Source of the DNA: an uncultured beta proteobacterium
Lineage (GTDB): Bacteria > Pseudomonadota > Gammaproteobacteria > Burkholderiales > Casimicrobiaceae
Reading direction: 5' to 3'
Assembly (NCBI GenBank): GCA_963791355.1
Contig: CAWBRO010000002.1
Span: forward strand, 904,873-968,872
Length of the DNA stretch: 64,000 nucleotides
This document shows positions 20,175-34,700 of the stretch, one piece after another. A model generated the notes under the pieces. That model was given only the letters and a program-made list of their open reading frames with translations. It ran no database searches and had not been told where the DNA came from. A program made the position numbers and the translations under genes. Within the stretch, counting starts at the first letter, position 1, and each line of letters starts with the position of its first letter.

Positions 20175-21085
20175 CCTCCAACGCGACGCCGCTCGACGTG
20201 CCCGTGCAGGTCACGCATCCGCATGGTCCGCTGCGCGAGTTCTGGGGCTACTTCAGCGCAAACCACGGCGCGGTCGCGGGCTTGATCTTCATCGTCGTGA
20301 TCGTGCTGGTGGCGATGTTCGCGCCGCGTGATCGCGCCGTATCCGCCCGATCTCACCAACAACGCGGTGTTCCTGAAGCCGCCGGCATGGCAGGCCGGCG
20401 GCTCGTGGGCGTATCCGCTCGGCACCGACGCCATCGGCCGCGACATCCTGTCGCGCCTCGATCTACGGCGCGCGCCTGTCGCTGCTGATCGGTGTCGCGG
20501 TGGTGGCGATCGCCATCGTCGTCGGCATCGCGCTCGGCCTGGTCGCCGGGTTCTTCCGCGGCGTCGATCGAGATCGCGATCATGCGGCTCATGGACATCA
20601 TCCTCACGCTGCCGATCCTGCTGCTCGCGATCGTGATCGTCGCGATCCTCGGGCCCGGGCATCATGAACGCGATGCTCGCGGTCGTGGTCGTGGTGCTGC
20701 CGCACTACGTGCGCCTCACGCGCGCGGCGGTGATCACGCGAGACGTCGAAGGACTACGTCACCGCGGCGCGGGCGAGCGGCGCCACGCGCCTGCGCCTCA
20801 TGTTCTCGCGAAGTGCTGCCCAATTGCGCGGCGCCGCTGATCGTGCAGGCATCGCTCGGCATCTCGACCGCGATCCTCGATGCGGCGGCGCTCGGCTTCC
20901 TCGGACTGGGCGCGCAGCCGCCGTCGTCCGAGTGGGGCACGATGCTCGCCGACGCGCGCGAGTTCGTGCTGCGCGCGTGGTGGGTGGTGACGTTCCCCGG
21001 TCTCATGATCCTGCTCACGGTGCTCGCGTTCAACCTGCTGGGCGACGGCCTGCGCGACGCGCTCGACCCGAAGCTGAAACGCTAG
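20171..21085 (+). CDS. dppC: Dipeptide ABC permease
   Basis: [46 protein letters not shown]. Confidence 0.9.
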
Positions 21086-21088
21086 ACG

Positions 21089-22133
21089 ATGCCGCTCCTC
21101 GAGATCGAAGACCTGCACGTCGAGTTCCCGACACAAGGCGGGCGTGCTGCACGCGGTCGAGGGCGTGAGCCTGTCGCTCGACGAGGGCGACGTGCTCGGC
21201 ATCGTCGGCGAGTCGGGCTCGGGCAAGAGCGTGACGATGCTCGCGCTGATGGGGCTCGTCGCGTTTCCCGGCCGCGTGCGCGCGAAGCGGCTTGCGCTTC
21301 GCCGGACACGACCTGCTGACGCTGTCCGAGCGCGCGCGCCGCAAGATCATCGGCGGCGACGTCGCGATGATCTTCCAGGAGCCGACGACCAGCCTGAACC
21401 CGTGCTTCACCATCGGCTTCCAGCTCGCCGAGACGCTGCGCCTGCACCTCGGCATGGACCAGCAAGGCGGCGCGCAAGCGGTCGATCGAGCTGCTCGAGC
21501 AGGTCGGCATTCCCGCGCCCGAGGCGCCGTCTCAAGGACTTCCCGCACCAGATGTCGCGGCGGCATGAACCAGCGCGTGATGATCGCGATGGCGATCGCC
21601 TGCAATCCGCGCCTGCTCATCGCCGACGAGCCCACGACGGCGCTCGACGTCACGATCCAGGCGCAGATCCTCGACCTGCTGCGCGACCTGCAGCGCGAGC
21701 GCGGCATGGCGCTCGTGCTCGTCACGCACAACATGGGCGTGGTCGCCGAGATGGCGCGCCGCGTCGCCGTCATGTACGCGGGCCAGGTGATGGAGGAGCG
21801 CGCGCGCCGACGCGCTGTTCGCCGCACCCCAGCACCCGTACACGGCGGCGCTGCTTGCGGCGATGCCCGAGCGGCACGTCGAGGGCGGCAGACCGCCTCG
21901 CGACGATTCCCGGCGTCGTGCCCGGCCTGCACGACCGTCCGGCGGGCTGCCTGTTCGCGCCGCGCTGCGCGTACGCGACGCCGCGTCCTGCAACAGCCGG
22001 CCGCCGTTGCGGCCGTGGCAGGACGGCCTCGTGCGCTGCCACTACCCGTTCGGCGATCCGCAGCGCGAAGCGAATCGTGCGCGCGACCGTCTGCGGCGCT
22101 GGCGGCTGCCGAGCGCAGGGGTCGACGCGATGA
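21089..22133 (+). CDS. dppD: Dipeptide ABC ATP-binding protein
   Basis: [39 protein letters not shown]. Confidence 0.9.
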
Positions 22134-23161
22134 GTCGTGCAGACGCGCCGGTCGTCGCCGCCGCGACCTGCGCCGCGTCTACGAGATCCGCCGCGGCATG
22201 TTCGAGGAGCCGGCGCACTTGCAGGCCGTCGGCGGCATCTCGTTCGCGATCGAGGCCGGCACGCACGCTCGCCGTCGTCGGCGAATCGGGCTGCGGCAAG
22301 TCGACGCTCGCGCGCGTCGTCGCGCTGATCGAGACGCCCATCGGCGGGCCACGTTGCGCCTCGCCGGCGTCGATGCCGTCAACGTCAAGCCGTCGCACGC
22401 AGCGCAAGCTGCGCAAGAGCGGTGCAGATGGTGTTCCAGAATCCCTACGGCTCGCTCAATCCGCGCAAGAAGATCGGCGCGATCCTCGAAGCGCCGCTCG
22501 TCGATCAACACCGAGCTCGCCGCGTCCGCGCGCACCGAGCGCGCGCGCGCGATGCTCGCGAAGGTCGGCTTGCGGCCCGAGCACTACGATCGCTACCCGC
22601 ACATGTTCTCGGGCGGCCAGCGCCAGCGCATCGCGATCGCGCGCGCGCTGATGCTCGAGCCCGCGCTCGTCGTCGCCGACGAGCCCGTGTCCGCGCTCGA
22701 CGTGTCGGTGCAGGCGCAGGTGCTGAACCTGATGGCCGACCTGCAGCGCGACCTGGGGGTCGCGTATCTCTTCATCTCGCACGATCTCGCGGTGGTCCGC
22801 TACATCGCGCACGACGTGCTCGTGATGTACCTCGGCCTCGCGATGGAGCAGGGGCCCGAAGGAGCGCATCTTCGCGCGGCCGCTGCATCCGTACACGCAG
22901 GCGCTGCTGGCGTCGACCCCGGCGCTCGGCGGCGTGCGCAAGCAGCGCATCGTGCTCGACGGGCGAGCTGCCGTCGCCGCTCGAATCCGCCGCCGGCGTG
23001 CGTCTTCTCCACCCGCTGCCCGCACGCGATCGACCGCTGCCGGCAGCGAGCGCCCGCCGCTGCGTCCGCTCGACGGCCGGCTGGTCGCCTGCCACCTTGC
23101 GGAAAATTTTCTCGAATCCGGTCATACTGATCGCCGGGTTTGCGTGCGTCGACCGCACTGA
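22130..23161 (+). CDS. dppF: Dipeptide ABC ATP-binding protein
   Basis: [41 protein letters not shown]; end approximate. Confidence 0.88.
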
Positions 23162-23176
23162 TTCAGGAGGAATCTC

Positions 23177-24806
23177 ATGAAGCATGACCACCCACTGCAC
23201 AAGTGCGGTCGCGCATTGCCGTCGTCGCCGCGCTGGCCTGCCGGCATTGCGCGCCGCCGGCGCGTCCGCCAAGACGCTCGTCTATTGCTCCGAAGGCAGC
23301 CCCGAGAACTTCTATCCGGGCGTCAACACGACCGGGCACGTCGTTCGACGCCAACAGCCAGATCTACAGCCGCATCGTCGACTTCGAGCGCGGCGACGAC
23401 CAAGGTCGATCCCCGGCCTCGCCGAGAACTGGGACATCTCGCCGGACGGCACTCGTCTACACGTTCACGCTGCGCAAGGGCGTGAAGTGGCACAACCACC
23501 GCGCGTGGAAGCCGACGCGCGACATGAACGCCGACGACATCATCTTCATGCTCGAGCGCCAGGGCAAGGAAGACAACCCGTACTTCAAGGTGACGAGCTC
23601 CAACCATTCGTACTACAACGACATGGGGATGGCGAAGCTCATCAAGTCGATCCAGAAGGTCGACGACTACACCGTGCGCATCACGCTCAACAAGCCGGAG
23701 GCGCCGTTCCTGTCGAACCTCGCGATGGAATACGCGGGCGTGCAGTCGAAGGAATACGCCGACGCGATGCTGAAGGCGGGCACGCCGGAGAAGATCGACC
23801 AGGAGCCGATCGGCACCGGGCCGTTCTACCTCGTGCAGTACCAGAAGGACGCGGTCATCCGCTACAAGGCGTTCCCGCAGTTCTGGGGCGGCAAGGCGAA
23901 GATCGACGACCTCGTGTTCGCGATCACGCCGGACGCCTCGGTGCGCTGGGCCAAGCTGCAGAAGGGCGAGTGCCACGTGATGCCGTATCCGAACCCGGCC
24001 GACCTCGACGCGATCCGCAAGGACCCGAACGTGCAGGTGCTGGAGCAGCCGGGCCTCAACATCGGCTACCTCGCGTACAACACGACCAAGAAGCCGTTCG
24101 ACGACGTGCGCGTGCGCAAGGCCGATCAACATGGCGATCGACAAGAAGGCGATCATCGACGCCGTGTACCTCACGACCGGCGTGGCGGCGAAGAACCCGA
24201 TCCCGCCGACGCAATGGTCGTACAACGACGCGATCAAGGACGATCCGTTCGATCCCGCGGCCGCGAAGAAGCTGCTCGCCGAAGCCGGCTATCCGAACGG
24301 CTTCGACGACCGACCTGTGGGCGATGCCGGTGCAGCGGCCGTACAACCCGAACGCGAAGCGCATCGCCGAGCTGATGCAGGCGGACCTCGCCAAGATCGG
24401 CGTCAAGGCCGAGATCAAGAGCTTCGAGTGGGGCGAATACCGCAAGCGCATGCAGGCGGGCGAGCACCAGATGGGCATGCTCGGCTGGACCGGCGACAAC
24501 GGCGATCCGGACAACTTCCTCGCGCACGCTGCTCGGTTGCGATTCGGCCAAGACGCAACGGCAGCAACGTCGCGAAGTTCTGCTACCAGCCGTACGAGGA
24601 CCTGATCCAGAAGGCCAAGACGACGAGCGGCCAGGCCGCAGCGCCAGAAGCTCTACGAGCAGGCGCAGGTGATCTTCAAGGAGCAGGCGCCGTGGTTCAC
24701 GATCGCGCACGCCGTGCAGCTGAAGCCGGTGCGCAAGGAAGTGATCGACTTCAAGCTGTCGCCGTTCGGCCGCCACACGTTCTACGGCGTCGACATCAAG
24801 GAATAG
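23177..24806 (+). CDS. dppA: Dipeptide ABC substrate-binding protein
   Basis: KTLVYCSEGSPE, PIGTGPF, AMPVQRPYNPNA, GWTGDNGDPDNF; AGGAGG RBS. Confidence 0.92.
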
Positions 24807-24823
24807 ACAGGCGCGTCCGGCGC

Positions 24824-24867
24824 AAGACCCCGCGAGCTTTCGAACGATCCTCGCGGGGTCTTTCGTT
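24824..24867 (+). terminator. Hairpin/intrinsic terminator after dppA
   Basis: 13-bp stem AAGACCCCGCGAG / CTCGCGGGGTCTT followed by TCGTT. Confidence 0.65.
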
Positions 24868-24871
24868 ATGC

Positions 24872-25860
24872 GTGTGTCGCTTTCATCCTTCGCCGCGTCC
24901 TGCAGTCCGCGCTCGTCATGGCGGTCGTGGCGTTCATCGCCTTCGGCCTGTTCAACTTCACCGGCGATCCGGTGCAGTTCATGGTCGGCCAGGACACCAC
25001 GCTGCGAGGAGCGCGCCGCGGCTCCGCGCCGACCTCGGCCTCGACCGGCCGTTCTACGTGCAGTTCGCGCGATTCCTCGGCAACGCCGTGCAGGGCGAGT
25101 TCGGCCTCTCGCTGCGGCAGGCGCGCAAGGTCTCGGTGCTGATCAAGGAGCGCCTGCCGGCGACGCTCGAGCTCTCGACGGCGGCGGCGCTGCTGGCGCT
25201 TGCCGTCGGCATTCCGCTCGGCGTGTACACGGCGCTGCGGCGCAACAGCTGCGCTCTCGCACTTGCTGCTCGCGGCCTCGCTCATCGGCGTCAGCCTGCC
25301 GAGCGTTCCTGATCGGCATCCTGCTGATCCTCGTGTTCGCCGTGCAGCTCGGCTGGCTGCCGTCGTTCGGACGCGGCGACACGGTGGCGTTCGGCTGGTG
25401 GACGACCGGCTTGCTGACCAAGAGCGGGCTCAAGGCGCTGATCCTGCCGACGATCACGCTGTCGCTCATCCAGATGACGCTGATCATGCGGCTCGTCCGC
25501 TCGGAGATGCTCGAGGTGCTGCGCACCGACTACATCAAGTTCGCGCGCGCCCGCGGCCTGACCGATCGCGCCATCCACTTCGGCCACGCGCTCAAGAACA
25601 CGCTGGTGCCGGTGATCACGATCGTCGGCTTGCAGCTCGGCGCCATCATCGCGTTTGCGATCGTCACCGAGACGGTGTTCCAATGGCCGGGCATGGGCCT
25701 CCTGTTCATCCAGTCCGTCTACTTCGCGGACATCCCGGTGATGGCCGCGTACCTGTGCCTCATCGCGCTGGTGTTCGTCATCATCAACCTCATCGTCGAC
25801 CTCATGTACTACGCCGTCGATCCGCGGTTGCGCATCGAACGGACTGCCTCCGCGCACTGA
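24872..25860 (+). CDS. Peptide ABC permease (second system, B-type)
   Basis: RLPATLEL, MLEVLRTDYIKFARARG, ETVFQWPGMG; start approximate. Confidence 0.85.
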
Positions 25861-25864
25861 AGCG

Positions 25865-27055
25865 ATGAAGCCCTCCGAACGCATACGCACCTGTCACGAC
25901 GAATTCACGGCCATTCGCCGCGATCTGCACGCCCATCCGGAGCTCGGCTTCGAGGAGCACCGCACCGCGCGGGTCGTGCAGGAGAAGCTCGCCGCGCTGG
26001 GCATCGAGCATCACACCGGCATCGGCAAGACGGGCATCGTCGCGGTGATCCCCGGCACGACGAACACGCAGCGGCACGCCGTCGGCTTGCGCGCCGACAT
26101 GGACGCGCTGCCGATGCAGGAGGAGAACGAGTTCGCGCACAAGTCGCGCTACGAGGGCCGCATGCACGGCTGCGGCCACGACGGCCACACGACGATGCTG
26201 CTCGCGGCCGCGCAAGTACCTGCACGAGACGCGCCGCTTCGACGGCACCGTGTACTGCATCTTCCAGCCGGGCGAGGAGGGCTATGCCGGCGCCAAGGCG
26301 ATGATCGCGGACGGGCTCTTCGAGCGCTTTCCCGCGGAGCAGGTGTACGCGCTGCACAACTGGCCGGGCTTGCCGCCGGGCCAGATCGGCATCACGCCCG
26401 GCCCCGCGATGGCCGCCGCCGACCGCATCGAGATCACGATCGACGGCAAGGGCGGCCACGGCGCGCATCCGCACGCGGCGATCGATCCGGTGCTCGTCGC
26501 CGGCCACATCATCACGGCCGCGCAATCGATCGTCAGCCGCAACGTGAGCCCGATCGACACCGCGGTGGTGAGCCTGTGCGCGATGCACGCCGGACATCCG
26601 GGCGCGATGAGCGTGATCCCCTCGCATGCGAAGCTCGTCGGCACGGTGCGCACGTTCCGGCCGGCGACGCAGGACATGATCGAGAAGCGCCTGACCGAGC
26701 TCGTCCAGTCGATCGCGCGCCGCCTTCGGTGCGCGCGCGACGCTGCATTACGAGCGCGTCTATCCGGCGACGATCAACCACTACACGCGAAGCGATGTTC
26801 GCGGCCGACGTCGCCGAAGCGCTCGTCGGCCGCGACAACGTCGTGCGCAACCTCGACGCCGTCGATGGGCGCGGAGGATTTCTCGTTCATGCTGGAGGCG
26901 CAAGCCCGGCGCCTTCGCGCGGCTGGGGCAGGGCGGCGCGGAGGGCGGCTGCTTCCTGCACAACAGCACCTACGATTTCAACGACGCGGTGATTCCGCTC
27001 GGCGCGGGCTATCTCGCCGCGCTCGCCGAGGCGGCGATGCCGCGTGCGCGCGTGA
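25865..27055 (+). CDS. M20D amidohydrolase (hippurate hydrolase-like)
   Basis: LHAHPELGFEE, LRADMDALP, MHGCGHDGH, FQPGEEG, MGAEDFS; end approximate. Confidence 0.88.
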
Positions 27056-27064
27056 GCCCGTCGA

Positions 27065-28172
27065 TGAGCCAGCGATGCAGTCGAAGGTTTCTCGGCGACG
27101 TACGCCGAAGCGCGCGAGCAGTTTCGTCGACGCCGCGAAGGCGCGCGGCCTGCCGCGTCACGCACCACGTGCACCCGGTCGCGCGCGGCGCGCAGGGCGA
27201 GGAGCTGTCGATCGACGTGGCGGTGCTCGGCCGCGCCGATGCGCACGAGGTGCTCGTGCCTCATCTCGGCACGCACGGCGCCGAAGGCTTCTGCGGCTCG
27301 GGCTGCCAGGTCGACTTCCTGCGCGACGACGCGTTCGTGACGGAAGTCGAGAACGCGGGCGTGCGCGTCGTGTTCCTGCACGCGCTCAATCCGTACGGCT
27401 TTTCGCACATCCGCGCGCACCAACGAGGACAACATCGACCTCAATCGCAACTTCCGCGATTTCTCGCAGCCGATCGCCGCCGAACACGGCCTACGCCGAA
27501 GTGCACGGCTTCATGGTGCCGTCGACGTGGCCGCCCGCCGCCCGAGAACGAAGGCCGGTTGATGGCCTACATCGCAGGCGCGCGGCGAGCGGGCGCTGCA
27601 GAACGCGACGAGCGGCGGCCAGTGCGAATTTCCCGACGGGCTGTTCTACGGCGGCGTGCGCCCGGCGTGGAGCAACACCATCTTGCGCAAGGTGCTGCGG
27701 GAGCACGGCGTCGGGCGCGCGCACGCTGGGCTCGATCGACTTCCATACCGGGCTCGGGCCGTGCGGGCACGGCGAGAAGATCCTGGCCGCGCGCGACGTG
27801 GCCGACGATGTCGCACGCGCCAAGGCATGGTGGGGCGACGACGTGACGTCGTTCCACGACGGCTCGTCGACGTCGGCGCCGCTGACCGGCGTCAATTACA
27901 ACGCGGTCTACGACGAGTGCCCGGGCGTGGCGTATGCCGGCATCGCGCTCGAATACGGAACGCTGCCGGTCATGGCCGTGCTGCAGGCGCTGCGCGGCGA
28001 CCAGTGGCTGCAGAACCATCCCGACGCCCCGGACGAGGTTCGCGCGCCGATCAAGCGCGCAGGTCCGCGACGCGCTTCTACCAGGACGCCGACGACTGGA
28101 AGCGCATGGTGCACGCCCAGGCGCGTGACGCACGTGCGCCGCGCCATCGCCTGCCTCGCGGAAGCCCGGTGA
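27065..28172 (+). CDS. M14-like metallocarboxypeptidase (DUF2817)
   Basis: GTHGAEG, LNPYGF, NEDNIDLNRNF, DFHTGLG, EYGT. Confidence 0.82.
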
Positions 28173-29126
28173 ACGACAGCGCCGCTGCGCCTGGTCGCCG
28201 CCGCCTTCGCTCGGCGCGCGGCTGCGTGCGGCCTGGGACGGCGACGTCGCGTGGAGCTTCCGGCATTCGCCGGTCGCGATCGTGTCGCTCGCGGTCTTCG
28301 CGCTGTGCGTGTGTGCGCGCTCTTCGCGCCGTTGATCGCCCCGCACAATCCCTTCGACCTGCGCACGCTCAATCTCTCGCGACTCGCTGCTGCCGCCGGC
28401 GTGGGTGGAAAGCGGTCGCGCGATGTTCCTGCTCGGCACCGACGACCAGGGGCGCGACGTGCTCTCGGCCATCATGTTCGGCGCGCGCGTCTCGCTGCTG
28501 GTCGGCCTCGCCTCGGTCGCGTTCGCGATCGTGCTCGGCGTGTCGCTCGGGCTCGTCGCCGGTTACGTCGGCGGCAAGGTCGACGCCTTCATCATGCGCG
28601 TCGCCGACGTGCAGCTGTCGTTTCCCGCGATCCTGATCGCGCTGCTGATCGACGGCGTTGCGCGCGTGGCGCTTCCGCGCGGCGCGCACGACCAGGTCGC
28701 GCTGCTACGTGCTGATCCTCGCCATCGGCTTGTCGAACTGGGTGCAATACGCGCGCACCGTGCGCGGGTCGACGATGGTCGAGAAGAGCAAGGAGTACGT
28801 GCAGGCCGCGCGCGTCATCGGCGTGACGCCCGCGCGGCATCATGGCGCGCCATCTGCTGCCCAACGTGCTCGGTCCCGTGCTGGTCCTCGCGACGATCAA
28901 CATCGCGACCGCGATCCTGACCGAGGCGACGCTGTCGTTCCTCGGCGTGGGCGTGCCGCCGACGGAGCCGTCGCTCGGCACGCTGATCAGGGTCGGCAAC
29001 GAATTTTTGTTCTCGGGCGAGTGGTGGATTACCATCTTCCCGGGCGCCGCGCTGGTCGTCATGGTGCTGTCGATCAACCTGCTCGGCGACTGGCTTCGCG
29101 ATGCGCTCAATCCGCGATTGCGGTGA
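28169..29126 (+). CDS. Peptide ABC permease (second system, C-type)
   Basis: LGTDDQGRD, HLLPNV, EATLSFLG, GDWLRDALNPRLR. Confidence 0.87.
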
Positions 29127-29237
29127 CGGAATGCCGGGGGCCTGGTTCGTGTTTGGTTGAAGCAGGGTCGGTCGACGCGACCGATCCATACGCTGCGCGC
29201 ATGCCCGCTCGCAGCTCACGCAGGAGACGATTGGAAA

Positions 29238-29642
29238 ATGCGCAAACGGTATCTGATGCTGATTCCCGCCATCGCGGCGCCGCTGCTGCTCGAAAGCTGC
29301 CAGACCTGGGGCCCCACCTGGAGCGAAATCACCGGCGCCCGCTACAACGTGACGATCATCGAATCGTCGCCCGGCGATCATCGACATGGTCGACAACCAG
29401 GGCGTCGTTCCCCGATCCGCGCCTCGATCAAGGTCACGCCCGGCGAGCACCGCCTCGTGGTGCAAGGGCCGGCCCCCGGCTGGCCCGGCGGCCCGCCGCT
29501 GCACGTGATGATGCTCAACGCGGAGCCGTGCAAGCGCTATTACATCAACGCGCAGTTCTCGACCACGATCACGCAGGAGTGGACACCGGTGGTCGATTAC
29601 GTCGAGCAGATCGCCGGGTGCCTGGTGCCCGCGGCGAAGTAG
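29238..29642 (+). CDS. Hypothetical lipoprotein
   Basis: AGGAGA RBS; MRKRYLMLIPAIAAPLLLES-C lipobox-like; beta-rich with a Cys pair; contains indel(s). Confidence 0.65.
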   Translation: MRKRYLMLIPAIAAPLLLESCQTWGPTWSEITGARYNVTIIESSPGDHRHGRQPGRRSPIRASIKVTPGEHRLVVQGPAPGWPGGPPLHVMMLNAEPCKRYYINAQFSTTITQEWTPVVDYVEQIAGCLVPAAK

Positions 29643-29654
29643 CTTAAGGATCGC

Positions 29655-30640
<986 letters not shown>

Positions 30641-30644
<4 letters not shown>

Positions 30645-31699
30645 ATTCCGGCCCGGCGCTTCTCGAGCTGCGCGGCGTCGCGCGCTACTTCGACGTGTCG
30701 CCGCCGTGGCTCGACCGCGTGCTCGAGCGGCGCGGGCGCGTGATCGCTCAAGGCCGTCGACGGCATCGACCTCGCGATCCGCAAAGGCGAGACGCTCGGC
30801 CTCGTCGGCGAATCGGGCTGCGGCAAGTCCACGGTGGCGCGCCTGATCGTCGGGCTGTATGCGCCCACGCGCGGCACGATCCAGCTACGACGGCGTGACG
30901 ATTGCCGGCGAGGCGAACGACCGCCGATGCCGCGCGCATTGCGGCACGCGCGCCGCGGCATGCAGATGATCTTCCAGGACCCGTACGCGAGCCTCAATCC
31001 GCGCTGGCGGGTTGCCGACATCGTCGCCGAGCCGATCCGCGCGCACGCGCCGGCGACCTCGCGCGCGCGAGCTCGACGAGCGCGTGGCGGCGCTGCTCGA
31101 GCAGGTCGGCCTCGCCGCCGCGGACGGCGTCAAGTATCCGCACCAGTTCTCCGGCGGCCAGCGGCAGCGCATCTCGATCGCGCGCGCGCTGTCGACCAAC
31201 CCGCAATTCCTCGTGTGCGACGAGCCGACGTCCGCGCTCGACGTCTCGGTGCAGGCGCAGGTGCTGAACCTGATGCGCGACCTGCGCGGCGCACTCGGCC
31301 TCACGTATCTCTTCATCTCGCACAATCTCGCGGTCGTCCATCACATCGCCGACCGCGTCGGCGTCATGTACCTCGGCCGCATCGTCGAGCTCGCGCCCAC
31401 GCGCGAGCTCTTCGCCAATCCGCAGCATCCGTATACGCGCATGCTGCTCGACGCGGTCCCGGACCTCGAGATGACGGGCAAGTCGCGCGTCGCGGTCGCC
31501 GGCGAAGTGCCCAATCCGCTCGATCCGCCGCCCGGATGCACGTTTCATCCGCGCTGCCCGTTCGCCAACGAGCGATGCCGGCGCGAGATTCCCCAGTTGC
31601 GCGCGGCCGGCGGCGGCGCCCGGGCGAGGTGGCCTGCCACGCGGTCGAGGAAGGACGGCTGCCGCCGCGCGCGATTCCAGCGTCGCCATTCCGCTATAA
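30641..31699 (+). CDS. Peptide ABC ATP-binding protein (F-type)
   Basis: [32 protein letters not shown]-terminal GCTFHPRC; end approximate. Confidence 0.85.
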
Positions 31700-31768
31700 T
31701 TCGGGGCGATTTGCCAAGCACGTCCCCGCCAGTGGGGCGCTTCGAAGAACTCCTGCCCGGTCCCCGCT

Positions 31769-34700
31769 TTGCGCCTCACCCAGATCAAGCTCGCCGGTTT
31801 CAAGTCGTTCGTCGATCCGACGACCATCGCCACGCCGGGCCAGCTCGTCGGCATCGTCGGCCCCAACGGCTGCGGCAAGTCGAACGTCATCGACGCCGTG
31901 CGCTGGGTGCTCGGCGAATCCAAGGCGTCGGCGCTGCGCGGCGAGTCGATGCAGGACGTCATCTTCAACGGCGCCGGCGACCGCAAGCCGGTCGGCCGCG
32001 CGTCGGTCGAGCTTCATTTCGACAACAGCCTCGGCCGCATCGGCGGCCAGTGGGGCCAGTACGCCGAGATCTCGATCAAGCGCGTGCTGACGCGCGACGG
32101 CGACTCGACGTACTACATCAACAACATCCCGGTCCGCCGCCGCGACATCCACGACCTCTTCCTCGGCACCGGCCTCGGGCCGCGCGCCTACGCGATCATC
32201 GAGCAGGGCATGATCTCGCGCGTCATCGAGGCGAAGCCCGAGGAGCTTCGCGTGTTCCTCGAGGAAGCCGCCGGCGTGTCGAAGTACAAGGAGCGGCGCA
32301 AGGAGACCGAGGGACGGCTTTCCGACACGCGCGAGAATCTCTCGCGCGTCGAGGACATCCGCCACGAGCTCGGCAACCAGCTCGACGCGCCTCGAGCAGC
32401 AGGCGGAGGTCGCCACGCAATATCGCGAGCACGAGGCGCGCCTCACGCAGTCGCAGCACCTGCTCTGGTACGCGAAGCAGCAGGACGCCGTGCGCTCGCG
32501 CGACCGCTGCGCGACCGAGATCGCATCGCTGACCGTCGCGCTCGAAGCGGTGCAGGCGGAGATGCGCGCGGCCGAGGCCAGGCTCGAGGCGCTGCGCGCC
32601 GAGCACTACGCGGCAGGCGACGCGCTGCACGACAAGCAGGGCGCGTTCTACGCGGCCAACGCGGAGGTGACGCGGCTCGAGCAGCAGCTTTCGTTCGCGC
32701 GCGAATCGGAGACGCGCATCGGGCAGCAGGTGGCGCAGCTCACCGAGACGATCGCAGCGATCACGGGCCAGGAGTCGGCGCTTGCGGACGAGCGCGCCAC
32801 GGCCGAGGCCGCGCGCGAGAGTGCGCGTGGCCGCCCGCGAGGAAGCGCAGAAGGCGGAGCAGGCCGTGCAGGCGGCGTTGCCTGCGCTCGAGTCGGCCGT
32901 GCAGGCTGCCGAGGCGGCGCTCGCGGAGCACCAGCAGTCCATCGCCGCATCCGAACAGGCACTGCGCGTCGCCGAGACGCGCCGCGACAGCGCGGTGCGC
33001 GGACTGTCCGATCTCGACGCGCGCAAGTCGCGTCTCGCACAGGAGCTCGCGGGCATCGCCGCCCCGGCCACCGATTTCATCCGCGAGCTCGAGGAGCAGT
33101 TCGCGCAGGAGAACGCCGACCTCGCGGGCAAGCAGGAAGCGCTCGCCACGCTCCAGAAGACCGTCGAGATCGCTGCAGGTTCGCCAGCGCGAAACCGCCG
33201 ACGCGTGGCAGCGCGACAGCAAAGCGCTCGGCGACCTCGAGGCGCGCCAGCAGGCGCTCGCGGCGCTGCAGGCCAAGATCGGTCACGGCACGGACATCGA
33301 CGGCTGGCTCGCCGATCATCGGTCTCGAGCGACGCCCGCCGCCTCTGGCAGATGCTCGACATCGAGGCGGGATGGGAAGACGCGCTCGAAGCGATCCTGC
33401 GCGAGCGGTTGTCGGCGCTCGAGCTCGATCATCTCGACGAAGTGACCGGCTGGGTCGCCGACGGCGCGCAGCCGCCGCGGCGCATCGCGGCCTATACGCC
33501 AGCGCCGGCGCGCCATGCGCCGCGCTGCGCAAAGCGACGCGCTGCTCGCGAAGGTGCGGCTGAAGCGCGACGAAGTCTCGCGCGTCGTCGCCGACGGATT
33601 GTCCGGCGTCCGCTGCCGCGACGACCTCGCGGCGGCGCTCGGCGGATCGCGATGCGCTCGCGGTCGGCGAAGCGTTCGTGACGCCGGCGGGACACCTCGT
33701 CACCGCGCAAGGCGTGACGTTCTTCGCGCCCGACAACGAGCTGCACGGCGTGCATCGCGCGCCAGCGCGAGCTCGACGAGCTCGATGCGGCCATGTCCGG
33801 GGCGCGCTCGCGCGCCGAGGAAGCGCGCGCGCAGCGCGATGCCGTCGATGCCGAGCTCGCAGCGGCGCAGCAGACGTATCACGCCGAGGGTCTCGCCGTC
33901 ACGTCGCAGCAGCGTCGCGCCCACGATCTCGAGCTCGAGCTCCTGCAGCTTCGGCAGGCCGCCGAAGCCGCGCAGCAAGCGCCGCGCGCAGATCGAGCAG
34001 GAATCGGGCGAGCTCGCCACGCGCATCGACGGAAGCCGCAAGCGCAGCGCGCCGCCATCGACGCGGAGATCGCCGACCTGCAGTCGGCGCTGCACGACGA
34101 GCTCGCCGTGCGCGAGTCGTCGCGTCACGCGCGCAACGAGGCGGAGGTTGCGCTGGCGCGCGGCCGCGAGACAGTGCGCGCGGCCGAGCGCACCACGCAG
34201 GAAGCGGGCTTCGCCGAGCGCAGCTGCCGCGACCGCCTCGCCGAGCTCGCGCGCCGGTCGGCTGACCTTGCAACGCAGCGCGAGCAGCAGCGCACGCTGC
34301 TCGACGCAGCTGACGAGCGAGCGCGCGGCGATCGACTGGACGCCGGTCGAGGCCGCGCTGACCGGCGCAGCTCACGGTGCGCGCGGCCGCCGAGCAGGCG
34401 CTTGCCAGCGCGCGCGATCGCCTCGAGGCGCTCGGCGCCGACCTTCGCGCCGCGGAGGAAGCACGGCTCGCGGCCGACCAGAAGCTCGATCCCGCGCGCG
34501 CGAAGATCCAGGACATGCAGCTCAAGGAGCAGGCGGCGCAGCTCGCCGAGGCGCAGTTCACCGAGCAGCTCGCCGAGGCGCACGCCGACGTCGCGTCGCT
34601 GCCCGAGGCGCTGAAGGCGTGGGGCAGCGCGCGCACGCTGCCGGCGGAGATCGAGCGCCTCAACGCAGCCATCGCGGAGCTCGGCGCGGTCAACCTCGCC

